DNA of 64,000 nucleotides from a virus (taxonomy: Duplodnaviria > Caudoviricetes): positions 96,001-160,000 of the IMG/VR virus record IMGVR_UViG_3300037361_000044. One strand, 5' to 3'. This document shows, in pieces, positions 63,169 to 64,000 of this stretch. The notes below the pieces were generated by a model. It saw only the letters and a program-made list of their open reading frames with translations, was not told the DNA's origin and did no database searches. Within the stretch, counting starts at the first letter, position 1; the number at the start of each line of letters is the position of its first letter. The position numbers and the translations under genes are program-made.

Positions 63169-64000
63169 ATGATCAAGGTCAGCCTCTTTCAAGGTAGCGA
63201 GGAGTACGGTCCAGCAGCGGTACCGCTCTTTGGCGCGGCAGACAGCTACTTCGAAAAGGTAGCTTCTGCCTCGTTGCTACCGGAGGTGTCGACGTACATA
63301 GCCCAGTTGCAGCCACGTAACGACTCGCAGTACGTCTTGGTCAACGCCATGGGCGCTGGCGAGTACTACGGGTCGAACGTCAACGGCGACCGCTTCTCCG
63401 AAGAAGCCCTGATCCATTCGCCAAACGATTGGAAGGGCATCCCCGTCTACGACAAGGTGAAGTCTGCGGACTGGGCCTACGGGTTTCCGACCTTCTATGG
63501 GGCGCATGTATTCCCTCATCATCGCAACAAGGACGCCAAGCGTGCCCTTGGTTTCGTTGAACTAGCCGCTTGGAACCCGCACATGAAGCGGGTCGAGCTT
63601 GTGACAAGGCTGGACAACGCGCTGTGTTTGAAGTTCGGCGGTGAGGGCATCTGGGACAAGCTCAAGGCTGGCATGTTCCCTGACGTCAGCATGGGAACGA
63701 AGGTACCCTTCGACACCTGCTCGATCACGCTGGACAAGGAGCTCTACTACAAGGCTTGGGCGACGTACGACCCCAAGAAGCACAAGAGCCCAGGCGAGGC
63801 CATCCTCGAGTACCACAAGAAGCTCAAGGCCAAGGACGGCGTCGGCATTCGTGGTGTCAGCATCACACGCGCTGATTACTCCAAGTACGCGCGCACCCGT
63901 ATGAACTTCATCCTCCCAGATGGCCGCAAGGTCTGGGTGGACAACGACTTCCCTAAGTTCTTCGACCTCAGCTATGTCTTCATGGGCGCTGACCGCATAG
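63169..64000 (+). CDS. Putative prohead (capsid maturation) protease, 3'-truncated
   Basis: Not in the ORF track. MIKVSLFQ...EKVAS...GSNVNGDRF...HHRNKD...DVSMGTKVP.D.CSI: NGD-F / His / SMG pattern reminiscent of HK97/assemblin-type proteases. Confidence 0.6.
   Translation, partial: MIKVSLFQGSEEYGPAAVPLFGAADSYFEKVASASLLPEVSTYIAQLQPRNDSQYVLVNAMGAGEYYGSNVNGDRFSEEALIHSPNDWKGIPVYDKVKSADWAYGFPTFYGAHVFPHHRNKDAKRALGFVELAAWNPHMKRVELVTRLDNALCLKFGGEGIWDKLKAGMFPDVSMGTKVPFDTCSITLDKELYYKAWATYDPKKHKSPGEAILEYHKKLKAKDGVGIRGVSITRADYSKYARTRMNFILPDGRKVWVDNDFPKFFDLSYVFMGADRI

Noticed and set aside
1-64000. Alternative genetic code (stop-codon reassignment)
   Set aside because: Long intact ORFs tile the window under code 11, and TAA, TAG and TGA all terminate genes.

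Overview
A 64-kb segment of a large, GC-rich (~60%) tailed dsDNA phage, probably a contractile-tailed (myovirus-like) jumbo-class phage. No cellular housekeeping genes, rRNA, tRNA, CRISPR array or integrase were seen. Genes are strictly partitioned by strand. The + strand carries virion genes: baseplate and tail fibres (1-16.9 kb), head proteins and portal (34.9-40.3 kb), spike, large terminase and a probable prohead protease (51-64 kb). It also carries a 2133-aa single-polypeptide fusion of bacterial-type RNA polymerase beta and beta' subunits (44812-51213), translationally coupled to the spike gene. The - strand carries replication/recombination and 'early' genes: family A DNA polymerase, DnaB, DnaG, RecA, SSB-like, HU, DnaQ-like, Cas4-like, RusA, UDG-like, an intein-containing SF2 helicase and an AAA+/VWA pair. 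The most notable inferred system is a phage-specific transcription circuit: a minimised, probably rifampicin-insensitive fused beta-beta' RNAP that is likely packaged in the virion, a recurrent GGGATAAG-like motif upstream of - strand genes, a conserved hairpin + TAGGGGGCTA signal at three convergent junctions, and extended -10 (sigma70-like) motifs before + strand genes. Other highlights: a K-x-A(S/A) motif repeated dozens of times only in head-module proteins (candidate maturation-protease sites), a candidate -1 frameshift (G GGA AAA) in a non-tail gene, a class 3 (WCT) intein, and a catalytically degenerate family-4 UDG. All calls come from motif recognition by eye; no database searches were run.
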